Shown here in pieces: positions 24,319-38,098 of a stretch of 47,487 nucleotides of DNA. Origin of the DNA: Paraglomus brasilianum (Eukaryota). Numbering within the stretch: position 1 is the first letter of the stretch; each line of letters begins with the position of its first letter. The notes below the pieces were generated by a model. The model made no database searches, had not been told where the DNA came from, and saw nothing but the letters and a program-made list of their open reading frames with translations. Made by a program: the position numbers and the translations under genes. The stretch spans positions 1 through 47,487 of the forward strand of contig CAJVPI010000164.1 in the NCBI GenBank assembly GCA_910592345.1, given 5' to 3'.

Positions 24319-27300
24319 CTACTCGATTCTATCCATAACAGCCCCACTAGACAATGGTGGCATATTAGTAACTGCTGTAGTCATTGCAGGTGCAGGACAT
24401 CCAGCAGATACAGTTTCAGGTCCAATGGAAGGTGAAGAAGTAGCAGGAGTATTGTTTCCTGTTCCAAGGGGCGTGCTGGGGTTGGTGGGGGACAGCGAGC
24501 TAGTCATCTCAAGCGATGAGGTAATCGACTGGGTTGTCATTGTGGGGAGCGCTTGTTGAGTCCTTTGGTTTTCGGTTAAGATCATTAGTTTTTCAACCTC
24601 TGTTTCGAATGGACGGACAGACAGCGATTAGGTATGGCCGTTTTTTGATCAATGATCAGGTGAACATTGTATGTTGTAAACTTACTTGATATCAAATGTT
24701 TGCCATAAGTGTATTTCTTCAATGACTGCAAGTGTGGCTTAATCTTGGCGACTAAAAGATCACGCTGCTCTCCATCTACTACATCGAGCATTTTCTGTAC
24801 GACGTAGTTTGCGTATTGATCTTTCATCATTGATATCAACGGTGAATTTCTAAAATAAACAAAAAGTCAATAAACGCAACGTCTCACTTGCTATACCAAT
24901 GCTCTTCAATAACCTACCCATCGGGCTTGGTTGTAATAACTTCCTCGATCAATAGCTGTCGATCTCTCTTGCTACCGTAAGCTACGCATTTCTCAACTAC
25001 GTTGCTCGCAAACTTGTGTTTAGACATTTGCAAGACATTTCCACGAACTTTGCTCACCACAAGCGATTTGTCTGCTGGTTTGCCTCTCTCGAGTACATGT
25101 TGAATTACGTAATTGCCGTATTGATCTTGAACAAGATTGTGAGTGAAGCGATGAAGTTCTTCCAGCAGAGGTTTCTATTGTGGATGATAAAGCAGTTAGG
25201 ATCTTGTAAACCGTTCATGGAAATAAACTATAGCTGGTGGTGACATACCGTTTGCTCATCGGTACAATGCTCAAACATCCGTTGAATAACACGACAACCA
25301 TAAGGATGTGTCGCTAAATTGAATACTTGTCCGTGGAAAGCATTAATAATGAACTGAATGTGCTCAGCAGGAACACGCTCTATAGCTTTTTGTATAACAT
25401 GGTTGCCGTTTTGGTCCTTGACGCACTTTAACACATTACCATCCAATTCTTTGACAAGCGCCGCTTGCTGTTCCGTGAGAACGTGTTCGAGAGCCTGAAT
25501 TCAACGTTAAAACGAACAAAAAATATATAGTCATAATGATTTAGTATACATTCAGGCACTTGTATGCGTGATTGTTGATCTGGCTAACCTTTTGAACTAC
25601 TCGACAACCATACATTTGCAACGCAAGAGACAGAACATGTCCTTCCATTTGCTTGGCCAAGACGGTCTTTTGTACTTGACTTCCATGCTCAAAGAATTTC
25701 TGAATGACATAGTTGCCGAACACATCGGTCATTAATTGTAACGCATTAGGAAGGATCTCGTCAAAAACAAGTTGCTTTTCTTCACTATTAGCTGTTTCTA
25801 GTTTTTGTTGAATAAAGCGAGAACCGTGTTGATCACCACTAAATTCAACTATATTCCTTGCAATATCCTTTGTTCAAAAACGCAAAAGAGAAATATTAAT
25901 ATCGTTAAGAATGAATTTATCATGTCAACTGATCTATTATTCAACTCACCTTTAATTCATACTTTTTATTCTTGTTGTTTCTAAACTCTTCCAACAATGG
26001 ACTTCGCATGCAATGTCCCGGATCGGACAAACTGGAACTCAAGTCCTGGCTTCTTCTATTGTTTGATACGCCGAATCCAGAGATCCCGTTTAGATACTCT
26101 GCAGAATGGTGATGTCTCAACAACTGTTCTTTAGCATATAACATTTGCTGCTGTTGCTTCAACTGCTGTTGCTGTAAAAACAATCTTTGCGACTGCAACT
26201 GCAAAGACTTTTCTGCAAAGTTGTTAGCTCTGGATTGAGGTCCTAACGGACTGGGCAGATTACCGACGGGGCCCAATGCCGTATTGGCCAAAGTACCGGA
26301 ACCATAGTATTGACCGGTTTTGGCAGTTGCATAATCTGTAGAAGAGAGTAAAGAATCACGACCCATGCCAAACTGTGCTTGTTGAAATTTGGAATATTCA
26401 TAGTTGTTGCGAGTAGGATTAAGGCCAAGAGAGTTTTGCCGATTGTATGCCACGTCTGTGTTGAAAATATTGCGGCCTAGAGCAGTATCTTCGCGGGCAT
26501 CCCAGACCGATGGGTAGCTGTCATCTTTGAGAAAAGTACCGAAAAAAATTTTAGCATGTAGTTATTACAAACCTGGTCGAATAAAAATAGTTGATATGAT
26601 TTCTTGCTTACTTAGACCATACGGAGAATAATTGGCTGCACTAGCTCCATCGTTAAAAAGTGCGTTATAAGATGGATGTGATGACATTTTCAGTCTGTGC
26701 TGTTTTAAAGTCTGCTGACGAAGAAATTGTGCTTGCTCATAATCATCCTATAAATGCAATTATAATTAGCAAAAGTACCGTAATGAAATACAGCTCAAAG
26801 TCAATCCAACATACCGTTCCCTCCAAATTTCTCCAATACATCAAATCGGCATGTGACAAATCGCCATGAAACTCTGGAGCAAATCCCAAACTATGGTTCC
26901 TAATATGGCTTTGAGTAGGTGGAGTAGAAGAGGCGCGCGGGGGAGTTTCAAATTTGCTTCTTAATGGAGGCGGTGTGGCAAACGCTCCCGGCATGCGAGG
27001 ATCCATGTCATCGACACCATCAAGAGCATTCTTAACAATATTTTTAAGTTGCTCTTCCTCAGAGCCGCGGGAATTGCCATAATGCGCAGCATATGAGAGT
27101 GGATCATCTAAATCGAGAGACTGAAGATCGAGATGGTCTGCATCATCTGCGTGCGATTGTAGTTGTGCTTGGCGTTGGCGAGCAGCTTGGGCTTGTTGAA
27201 GAGCATAGAGCGGAGATGGTGTGCGAGGAAAGTCCTGCGATAACGAACAAAAATAAAAGATATGATTGGTTGAGCAATGAATTATCAAATTAGCTGAGTA

Positions 27301-28819
27301 ATGAATTATCAATTTCTCTTTTTATTGCCAAATATGTTTGATATCTCTGCTTACTTCTTGGATCATGTCTACCAAGTTCTTGCGCTTATTGGGTGAATGT
27401 GGATCATTTCCTGGGGGTGGAGGAGGGGATGCAACTTCACGACTCCAAAGCGACGCAGCGCTGCTCGTGCTTTGAGGATTGAAAGCATCGAACTGTCCAG
27501 CAGACTCCGTTGTATAGTCGGGCTGGTTGATAGTTGAATGGTTCTCGGGTTCAAGACTTTCGTCTAAGGGATGCTGTTCTTGGAAATCGTCGTCGCCAGC
27601 TTAATGATGAGAAAATGTCGCATTGCGAGATGGATAATGAAATGTTAGTGATGAAATGAAATGTAGCAAACTCTGAATCATGACGTGTACTTCCGCAATA
27701 CGAAAGATGTTTTACGGATACAACTAATAATTTCTTTGGCATACGCAAGGCAAGTCATGAATCAGAGTTTGTCAATAAAAGTTGGCCTAATGCTAACGTC
27801 GTTACGATGATCGTCAAGGTATGTTTACATCGTGTTATAGTAAATACTTTCCGCATGCCCATGAAACAACTCTCTACGTAACGATTGCTCACTTTATCCC
27901 GTCTAATTCACAACTGATTATGAAAACTTTACTTTACATACCCATCCCCCGGAACAATTCCAACTTTTTCGACATATTGGCCCCAACATTAGATCCACTA
28001 GTGCTGCCCACTGCCGTCGCTGATGTAACAGGGCTAACTGCGCTCGGTCCTCCACTGACCTTCCCTTGTACCTGTCCCTGTCCCTGTCCAGGACCTATTG
28101 CCAAATCACCAGACCATAACGGTGTTTGCCAAGACTGCCCCGGTGCATATGGGCTTGTGGGCGGACGATGCTCCATACGACCATGCATGTAGTAATAAGC
28201 AGCGTATTCAGGATCCAAACGAGGATCGGATGATAAAGAAGGCTCATAATCTGTATGATCGAATCGATTAACAGTATTAATTTGCGTTGGTGGCGCACTG
28301 TTTGAACGGGATGTGATATCTTTTGGAGCGTTAGAGTATAGTTCGTAGTCTGTTAAATCCAGCTTGTCACGCAGGAGAGCTACTAATTGCTGTTGTGGAT
28401 TTTAAAAAAAAAAAAAAAGAATGAGAATTTTGCAAAAAAGAATAAAATAAAGAGATGATTAAGATTCCCATGAAAATACATGTTAGTGCCATGAAATGAA
28501 AACCCAATAGAAAACTTGAACTCAAAGATGAATGGAATATAGACCAAGTTAATGATCTCTTGGTTAAACATTGCGAACAGTATATATATGTACAAGCGGA
28601 TGCAATACCAATTTCTAAAAATTTTCGTCTTATAATTGCCGTTGTACTTTTATACCCGTCTCCCTTCCCACTTTGCATTATCCATCACTATGTGTCTGTT
28701 CATACGCCACTTCTTTCCATGTTCGCTCTTCTTACCTGTCCTTGCGGTCGATTCTTTGCCTTTGGCTGGTGTAAGTCGGCTTTGTTTTTAGTTTCCTCCA
28801 TAACTATACGGGGCATCAT
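24319..28819 (-). CDS. PUF3: Pumilio/PUF-family RNA-binding protein (Puf3/Pumilio class) with 8 PUF repeats
   Basis: [39 protein letters not shown], then recognition motifs NYVIQ, CRVVQ, NHVIQ, CRVIQ, NYVIQ, SNVVE, NYVVQ and [11 protein letters not shown]. This is the canonical UGUAHAUA-binding code. Probable first exon [11 protein letters not shown]...GQ|GT at 28819-28737. Confidence 0.93.
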
Positions 28820-29418
28820 CTCTTTGGCGGTTATGAAAGTAGTAATATATTATTAAGTAGTTAAGTTTTTTTTTTATCAAAAGTAGTCTAGTTATTAGTA
28901 TGTAACAAAACTTTTGTACAATTTTTACACTTGAAGATGGTTGAGCGGTCAGATGAGCGAATGTTGAGCAGAGAAACGAGAGAATGGTGTAGGAGTATTA
29001 GTATGGCAGAGTAGAAAGGGAAATGGGCATCGTTTCTCTTGCAGATGGGGTAGAGGTAAGTAGCAGCACGCTATGATACCACGCAATAGCTGAGGAGAGA
29101 ATAGCACGGAGAAATAGAGAGAAAGAGGGAGAACAAGAAACTTGAACTGCAAAAATAGGGGATATGCAAAAACGCAGAAGGGTTCACAGTCCCACTTTCT
29201 GCGACATGGCGTCAGGTAAATGGCCCAATAGAAAACTGTCATGTGAATAAATTTACCATCTGAGATGGAGTTACGTAAGCCTATTTATATTTAATATGTA
29301 AATTTTCAAAATCTTTTGCCTGTTCGATTCTGTATGACCCGCAGAAATTTCGGTTGGGGTGGGCTGAATATTAATATGAAGGCACAAGGCACAGAACTAG
29401 TAATCACATGATATTTAC

Positions 29419-29420
<2 letters not shown>

Positions 29421-29456
<36 letters not shown>
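29421..29456. repeat. (TAA)12 microsatellite upstream of PUF3
   Basis: Directly visible perfect trinucleotide run. Confidence 0.95.
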
Positions 29457-29457
<1 letters not shown>

Positions 29458-32400
29458 CATTAATATGACAGATTAAAGTGAAATCGAAACTTTGTATTGG
29501 CCGTTTTTTTCTTGAACCGGTCGTTGTATACGCAAGCATCATAAATTTTTCATGTCTAAAAATTCTTTTACTCATAAATCAAACCACAATTTTGTTTCAT
29601 CTTGATCCGATTTCGTTTTAATCTGTCACAATTAACAATAAATAATAAATGACGGTTTGTATGATCCCGTTACACCAAATATTTAAATTTTAGCTGTGGT
29701 GGGAATAAAAGTTACTCGCGATAAGTGAGATTTATTATCCAAGGTTTCTATCACCTGGCTAGCACAAGTTGTCGGTGACATTGTCGTTACATGTCGACTA
29801 AATGACCCAGAGCTGATCTGTCGCGCGAGCTGTTTCCGCGTAAAGAATTATCGATTTGAAATTTATTCTGCTTCGCTGTTGCCAACATCTCGAACCTATA
29901 ATTGTATTGATGTACTATACACCATACTTGATATCATGGCTGGGTACCAAGGCATGTGCCCTCTTGAAACCCATGTCATCAAATTAACGCGTACATTCCA
30001 AATATTCCGGGTGACAGTTACAAACTAGTTTATCAATGATCTACTCTCTAACTGTGCGAAGATCTCCAGCCGGATTTTGTGAAACAAGCATAATAATAAC
30101 TGAGGGAAAACTTGGGTTGTCTCAAAATGGTTTGGTAAGTCACAACTATCCTTTTTGGCGTTTACAGCGTTTCTTGACGTAGAAGTTTAGAGCAAACCAT
30201 AAATATAAAGGGTGAATATTAATAAGCAGCTGGGATTTTTCGAATACATTCTCAGCGTATTTCATCACGTGTACGGTTGCCGTTTGAATCTCACTGTGTG
30301 ACAAATCCCCTTTTGCTGTTCACCATTAATTACATCGCACATGGACAAACATATAAGGTTATGTATATGCAATCTGCTTCGGAGTTGACCCCATTTCGGA
30401 CCTTTCAGCGACAAGACGAAACTTGTAGCTCAAAATTTCAGCGAAACGAAGCCAGATAAATGAATATTTCGGAGTTCAAACCCACCGAGTGTCATGATCC
30501 CCGGTTAACTTAACAATAATGATAGTCATAATAATTTAAATTAATTGAAGCGAGGATTCCAAAATACATGAAATAGACATCATTCCTAATTAATATTAAT
30601 GTTTCTTGGACATCCAAGCAATTTATCGTGGAATTCAAGTTACAATTCATGTCTAGTCTTCTGTGATCTTCCTAGCAAACATGGTATATACCTGTACACT
30701 AGCTGCTTCATAATAAACATGTCTAATATGACATGTATGAGACTACCAATTTTTCTGCTCGCGGAGTTACCAAAACCTCGAGATTAATGTTCGCATGCAA
30801 TGCAACTGGACACAAATACCTACGGTAGATGTTAACCTCTGTATTGTCTTCGTAAAAAGACTCGCACTGTTTCGCACTATTGCCATAATTCAACATGCAC
30901 CAAAAAAGGGTGATATTGCTGCTAGTAGACAATGCATATTTTTAGACTTATTTCTTTATGCATTCATGCAGTAGAGAAAGTCGCCCTAAAAACAGAATCA
31001 ACGACTTCGATAAACATCAAATCGACGGTTTTCAAGCCCCTACTAGGGACTGCAGCTGACAAATTGATCATTATACCTAAAAGCGCGCAACAGACAATGT
31101 AAACCTATTGAAAATGATGAAAAGGTTGTACAACTCTCAATATCATATGCAAAGGCATATTCAAAGTCTCGGTAGCTGTCGTAATAACGGACGTACTGGT
31201 GCGGTTCGAGAAACAACCGAGACTAAACAAGACAACGAAGATAAAACAACGACTTAAGTGTAATTTGGTCGCTACGCAGGATGCATGAGAACCTTGCATC
31301 GGAGCGTATCGAAAATGAAAGAATTCTACAATAAATTTTGTTGCAGTTCCATAAAACGAGGTTGAATTCAAATCAATCATTCCCCCAATATAACCAATGA
31401 TACAAAATTTATTGTTACTTGCATAATTATACGGACAATAGTAATAGAGATCTTTCATATGTTTTACTAACTAATCGTTAATACTATTGCCAAGCGTTTA
31501 CCGCTAACCGATCTTGCTATTACTAAGAAATCAGGGCAATCACAGGCCGATACATATCGTGATTATTGCGTGTATCAGAAAACCTTAGCACAGGCGATGA
31601 GAAAGTTAAGGCTGAGCAACAAGCTGAACGTCAAAGTCTGCTAATTATGGTCATTCACACAGCAAGTTCACAGACAAACAGAAGTAGTTAGTGATAATAC
31701 TAGTGAGAAGTTTTAATCATATGTACCCGGGGTATTTCCCTAATTGATTTTAGTATCCTGGGTACTCATGTAGGGGGTACACGTATTGATCGGGGTACGT
31801 CTGTCCGAGAAAAAAGTGTGACGTAGTTTATATTAATAGCCACTAAATAGAACCAATTCAATCGTTTATTTATCTCATTCAATGGTTCTACATTTCATGC
31901 GGGCATATGTCGGAGGTTTACGGTACTTAAAGGTATTAATAGTCCCCTGGCGTAAACTGCCTACTTTTTTCATTAGAAAATCGAAGATCCTGATTTTTTC
32001 GTTTAATAATTAATTAACTTGTCAATATCTTGCTTATTATTATAATGGAATTGCAATTGCGCGTTCTCTCTCAAACGGTAGAATGAGCGGAGCTAATTCT
32101 GATGCAGGAAATTGGTCGAAATGACATAAGCCCATATTTTTAAATTGCAAAAAGGTCGAGACATCGGTTTCAGTTAGCGTCATCGATATTTAAAAGCATA
32201 TTTTATTAACGAACTGACGTGTTTTAATTTACTTAGCAAAAATATAGCTATATAATGTTGTGCGTTGTAGCAATAGTAATTTATCCAATTTCATTATGCT
32301 CATAGAGGAGAGTAAATCATTAAGCTTTCTAAACTTTCTTTTATGTCTGTGTCAATTAAAGGCAATCGCAACATCGCTCTTTAGTCGACAATCAACAACT

Positions 32401-33202
32401 CACGAATATGAATAAAAATACTGCAATAGTAGGGACGTAGAGACGATGGAATATACATCACCAACATATGAGACGTCACTCAACATGACATTGTCAATTT
32501 TTTTTTTAATGTAAGATCTTTATTGACAGCTACAGATAACTGCTAAAGCTGTTTTTAGACAGCTAGTACATGAATAGAAGCAAAACTATCTAGACAAGAC
32601 TACTGAATTTTGGGAGTGTTCGGTGGACTTGAATCCACCAGGGACAATTCATTACATTAGCATGCCGTGTTATACTCCCCCGTCTACTTCATTATTCACA
32701 AAGAATTAGATAAAGATGCGCGTCCAAAACGTGTATATTAATATGTACGGGATTCCTTATGCTCACTATACATGTACGATGGGGAAAAGTACCGGACTAT
32801 CTAGTGAGCAAGTAGAAAGGGAGATAAGAGACATTCGGAGGCAGCACATTTCTGGAAGAGATAGTTGTTAGAATTTTGTTTTGATGACGCTAATTGAAGC
32901 CAACATCGATTGGTAAAAATCGTGACAATGAAATTGTTTCACTCGCTAAATTCCATCGGTGAAGGGTGTTAAAAATTGTTGTCGCTCGTTGATCAAATAA
33001 TATTAAATAAAACGGTAGTGGAATTAATTTATCTCTACGATTTTTGATTGCTAGGAGCGGCTGAGAACCAGTATGAGGAATTACCTAATTAATTAAACAC
33101 GTCAAAGTTTATCGCCGCTTACAAAGTATCTAGCTGTAGTTAAGCTGAAGCTGGAGTATCAGACCAGACAGGAAAGAATAGTATGATTATCGATGCAATA
33201 TA

Positions 33203-33728
33203 CAGTGCAGTGCAAAAGTTATGAGAATTATCAATTAGTTGACAGCTCAACAACTAACAGCAGGATTGGCTTGAAATTTTGTGTAAAGTTTATCAAGGAT
33301 ATTATAAAATTTTGGCCTTTGATCTCGTTTCCCTATCCTGTAATCAGATCACCATATGTCTAGGCATGTTATTAATTAAGTAAGTCGAAGTGTCTACTAA
33401 TTAATTCTTTTTTTTTTTATGAAATCAACTATTTTTTGTAACAGAGCATTTATTTACCTTCTGTTCAACTCTTCTTTTCATATTTCCATAGATTTCCAAT
33501 TGGATAGAGGACTGGGACTTTTAGAGAGCCAGTCTAGCACTTTTGAAAATTCAGACTGAAATTGCCTTAGTAGCAATAATTATCCAAAGTTAGAAAGCAT
33601 AATTTTATTATAATTGATGTAAAATTTATTCTACAAAACCATCTTTTAATTGGAGTAAGATCGAGTTGACAAATAGAATTTTATTTGTGTGCACAAAAAA
33701 AAATTCTCATTACTTTTGCACTGCACTG
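33203..33728 (-). mobile_element. Non-autonomous Tc1 derivative (MITE-like), 27-bp TIRs, TA TSD
   Basis: TA|cagtgcagtgcaaaagttatgagaatt ... aattctcattacttttgcactgcactg|TA (1 mismatch). Internal minus-strand remnant VLDWLSKSP of the WPSxSPDL motif. Confidence 0.92.
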
Positions 33729-34439
33729 TATATTGATATTTTTTTTATTTATTGAATTAGATAGTTTAGCACAGCATTTATGCCGTTTGCAAATTTTAAT
33801 TGACGCAAGCGTGTAAGCAAGACCACGTTTATTTCCCTGTCAAATTTAGACTGAGCGTAACAGTAGCTAGCTAGTGGTTGGAGTTTTGCGTTCCTTTATT
33901 TAGTTGCACCTACGATTGAACGCTAAAGGTGCGTAGCTAGTGGTTGGGGTGTGTCGAGTCACTATGACTTTATTCCGAGTTGACAGAAAACCCCGTTCTC
34001 CTTAATAAGCATGATCTTTATAAAGAAATCGAAGTCAAAAATATTACTTACACAGATGGTCTTTCATTAATTGTTAAAAGGTACTGGTACAGTATGCCTT
34101 TTGTTTCAACGTAACTCCAAGAAACGACGAGTCAATTCGAGACGAACTAAGAAGCGTTTATCGACAAGAAAAGTACGAATGAGCCTAGGTTGTGTCGATA
34201 GATTGACGCTTTCCGTTATTCGCGTAACTGCGTAATATCTTTCGAACAAATCAATAGTCCGTATTGTATCAACTCTAGACACTTGTAGAAATAAAAGTAA
34301 TTTGATTTCAAAGGCTTTTTATTTTAAAAGAGCTTGTAACTATTTAATAAATATCAACTCGATGATTTTTGACGATGGAATTCGACCCGTATTTATATCT
34401 TTTTCGCGGTCTGCGCATTTCTATTTGTGTCAGACTTTA

Positions 34440-34620
34440 GGGCAACGTCTAAATTTACCCCGTGCCAGAAAAGTGAGGACAATGACCTCAAGCATACAAT
34501 TTAGAAAATTATGGAGGCCATCTAACAGTCCTGATTTAAATCCAATCAAAATCGCAATTAATATTACGCGTAATATTGTTCAAGTCCGATACAGTCATTA
34601 CAAAATACTATTCCTAACGA
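34440..34620 (+). mobile_element. Small Tc1 transposase remnant
   Basis: EDNDLKHT and WRPSNSPDLNPIK motifs; no TIRs found. Confidence 0.7.
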
Positions 34621-35394
34621 ATTGGAAATACGGTTTCCAAAAATATTGATTATCACTAAAGGCACATGACAAATCAAGGCTATCAGCTTTTATCAATTTT
34701 ATTAGCACGCCATTATTAGTTTTGGTGTGATGAAGGGTTTAATTGTCATACCGTTATTCTTGCTACACGTTCTCAAAGACAAAAGCGGCTTATCAAAGCA
34801 AACAGTACAACTAGCAACCGACAATTAGCAATTAAAGGAAGCGAATGGAGAAATACAGAACTGACATAGCGGAATACTGTTGATTCCCCATGATTTACCA
34901 CTTTCGGTCCTCCCAACTACAAGTCCGCTCTATATGTGATACTTGTTGATGAGTTGTATGTGCAAGCATATGATGACTTTCTCCTTATTTCAACTTACAA
35001 GTGCGTAAAGACCTTCGCTATAAAACCCTCGGTCTCGATAATCCGGTTGACACGAGACAATATAGATTCAAAGCCTCGCTCAATTTCATAGCAAACAGTT
35101 TTCCCATCACCTTGAACTTCCTCTTGCCACACAGAAAAACACTTAATACTGTAATACTCACGATTCAGTTTATTATATTTTCTCAAAAACTGGTATTTTA
35201 CTGAGGTATTAGAGGCTAAAAACCTTATGGATACGTCTCTATTTGGTAAATGTACTGATCACCGAAATTAAAATCGCGTAATTTTCTCATTAATTCAAGA
35301 CACCTACCTATAATATATACAAGATTGAAGGTTGACATAAGAATACATACTTTTATATATACAACGGATATACAATGAAGATGAAAAGAGAGAA

Positions 35395-35816
35395 TCATCG
35401 TTTTATGTTGTTTGCGAGGTCTAGCGCTTCCGTTTTCCATGCATTTGCTAGAACTGGATGAGAAGGATGGTGGACAGATGGAAACAATTAGTAGGTTTGG
35501 CGTAGAAAAATGCGAAAGAAAATAGAAAATGAGGTCTTTGAACACTACAAGTATAGTAATAGAGTTCGACTAGACTTGGTTCATATTTTCATACTTGACT
35601 AATACGCACATAAAAGACATTGAGCAACCGTGGCCTCCGCTTCCCCAAACGGTATGTTTGGATTATCAGGCGCATTAAAGGAGGTTGAAACTTTTGATGG
35701 CGCGGATGTTGGCATAACCATCGGCATACCTGTGGCCACATCTGGTCGGGCACCACATCGATTGACGTTTTCCCTTTCCTATACCAGTTTTATATACAAG
35801 TTGTTAATAAGACGTT

Positions 35817-35853
<37 letters not shown>

Positions 35854-38098
35854 TTATTGTCAACGAAAGAATAGTCGTATCTGACATCCAAGCATACGAT
35901 TCTCCAGATGGGCATAATATACACTTACAGCTAGAAGCTCACCCCGCTTCTCCATATAGAGCTTCGAGTGCTGCGGTCGCGACAAGGGTGCCACATCAAC
36001 CGGTGGCGTAGCGAACCAGAGAATTTCACCTTGAGCGTTGCAGGAAAATTGATTCGCTTTTTATACATAATGCAGGATCGTTGCTTAGTAAAATTACTGT
36101 CGCAATTAAAAACTTGGAATTCCATGTTTTCTACATACCAGTCTCCGCCGACAAAGACATTACCCTTGTTGTTTGACTTGAATGTCCACTCGGTTGTGTT
36201 TGCATGTTATGCTGCGCTGTATGTTGCGCTGTATGCTGTGCTGTATGTTGCGTGGTATGTTGCGTTGTATGTTGCGTCGTGTGTTGTGTCGTATGTTGCG
36301 TTGTATATTGCGGTGCATTACTAGACCCTTTTACTTTATACTCAGAAGTCGAAATGTTATTATTGTTATATCCATCGTAATGCGGTATTGGCGAAGGAAC
36401 GCTCTCAATTCGTGAGGATATCGACGACTGTGCTTGTATCGCCGGTGATTGATATTGTGAAAGCAAAGTCGTATTACTATTATCAACTGATTGTAAAGAG
36501 ACTTGACTAGTTAAAGGCGAGGCTGTTCTAGTTTGTTGTGACACCTGCTGATGACTAACCGAGGCTAACTGCGGGGAAGATTCCTCCTGTTTGGGCTTCG
36601 TCTTTATCATTTCGAATGCTCCAGCAAGCGGACTCTTGATCCGCTTAAGACTAATCATTTGGGGATAGTATTCCATTTCCACGCGTCCAGCAAATCCTGG
36701 AGCATAGGTACTGCTCCAGTTTTTAATTTTGGAAAAGTTTTTACCAGATTCGTTGTAGCGCGATTCGCACACGTAGACGGTTTTTCCCGCGCTGTTTTTT
36801 GGACGACCTTTCATTGCTTCACGAACAGGAACGGCAAAAACTTTCTCAATTACTTCGGAAATAAGATATTCATTATAAGCATTTGTTTTGAAAATTTCGT
36901 TTTCGTAAAAGGAACGGGTAGCTTGGTGGACCGTTTGTTCTGGATGGTAGTACCAACAGACATTAACGCCTACTTCGCCGCTATAAAATTATAATGTTAG
37001 AGAGCAGTTAATACGCGTAAAAAGGTTAAGATATAAATAGGGCGTTTATAAGTTACTTTTGATTTTTCCATAGTCGAAAGATATGTGCCACATTTGGTTT
37101 TGCCAAACCATCTTCATTGCGAATGTGCACGTAGTCACCTACAAATTTAAAATTCATGTTTATATTTTTTAATCACCTTTGCACTGTTCAACATAAAATT
37201 TGTCCACTAACGCACCGACTCGATATATCTCTCCATTATGTTCTACTTCGGTCAAGTCCATGTAATCAGCATCATTGATCTCGGGATCAGTTTGCATCAA
37301 TTTTCCTCTCTGCGGATGCTCGGCGGCAATCAACTTTGCCGACAAGCTCTACCAGTATTATCAGAATTAATCAATATTTACTGTCGAATTTACATTGCAG
37401 CAACTGTTACTTTTTTTTTTTTATGTCATACTGTGACGTACTTGTAAAAAAAGGGCGTCATTATAAATTTGTGATCCTTCCGCATTGTACTGTTTCGCAT
37501 TTTCAAACATCAAATTAAGATCGGCCCCTAAACCAAGAATGTCGTGGTATTTTCCGGTTTCGATTTTCTCCTATTAAATTCAATGTTCATACGCATGATC
37601 GACGGAATGGTTATGCAACAATAAAACAGTCAATAACGTAAATGTCACGTACTTTAATAATGTCCAAGGCAATGGGTCTAGCAATCTGTGATTTGATTTG
37701 ATTTGATGGAATGTGTGGTGAATGTGCAAAACGATGAGAATGTGGCGAGTAAACAAAAAAGTCATGAGTTGCAAACAGTGATCAATGTCTATGGAGCAGG
37801 CAGTTTGGTATCATTACCTCTTCGTAATAATCGGGATAGTCTTCTTGATCAGGAAGTTCTAAAAACAGCTTAGACATCTGTCGACCTCTGCAATAGAAAA
37901 AGTCACGTCTTAAACCCTGTATTACCCGCACGTAAGACACCATTATAAAAAACAACTCGCTTTCGCTTATTTTCATGTTTGCTCGCAACGCCCTTTTCAT
38001 TCATACGCCAAGTTTTTCTTTCCAAGAAGATATATCGTCGCCGAAAAAACCTACCTCGAATCTCTGCAATTTCTCACGGCCTGCCATATTTTCAACAT
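35395..38098 (-). CDS. Rsc1/Rsc2/polybromo-like chromatin-remodelling subunit (one bromodomain, BAH, C-terminal motif)
   Basis: Exons: MLKIWQAVRNCRDS/RGRQMSKLFLELPDQEDYPDYYEE/IARPIALDIIK/EKIETGKY...DLNLMFENAKQYNAEGSQIYNDA (bromodomain); GDYVHIRNED...VAHIFRLW/...CWYYHPEQTVH...FYENEIFKT...YVCESRYN...KIKNW (BAH); GEILWFATPPVD. Probable end ...LDLANNIKR* at 35395. Confidence 0.85.
35818..35850. repeat. (CAG)11 microsatellite inside an intron of the Rsc-like gene
   Basis: Directly visible. It lies between a GTAAGT donor (~35927) and an AG acceptor (~35780) on the minus strand. Confidence 0.9.
36200..36315 (-). repeat. Coding 12-bp minisatellite giving (QHTT/QHTA)n
   Basis: ORF 36131-36814 reads QYTT-QHTT-QHTT-QHTT-QHTT-QHTA-QHTA-QHTA-QHNM. 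Confidence 0.9.

Noticed and set aside
30600..31460. Possible gene from ORFs 31105-31458 and 30723-30932
   Set aside because: No consistent exon chain or recognisable motif, and multiple stops in all frames.
32590..32700. tRNA or tRNA-derived SINE (GGTGGA-TTCAAG-TCCACC hairpin, minus strand)
   Set aside because: No cloverleaf or convincing A-box could be built.
33860..33960. Two TAGCTAGTGGTT A-box-like motifs
   Set aside because: No matching B-box or tRNA structure.
34860..35200. P-loop-like VVGRTESGKS on the minus strand
   Set aside because: An isolated motif surrounded by stops; it cannot support a gene call.
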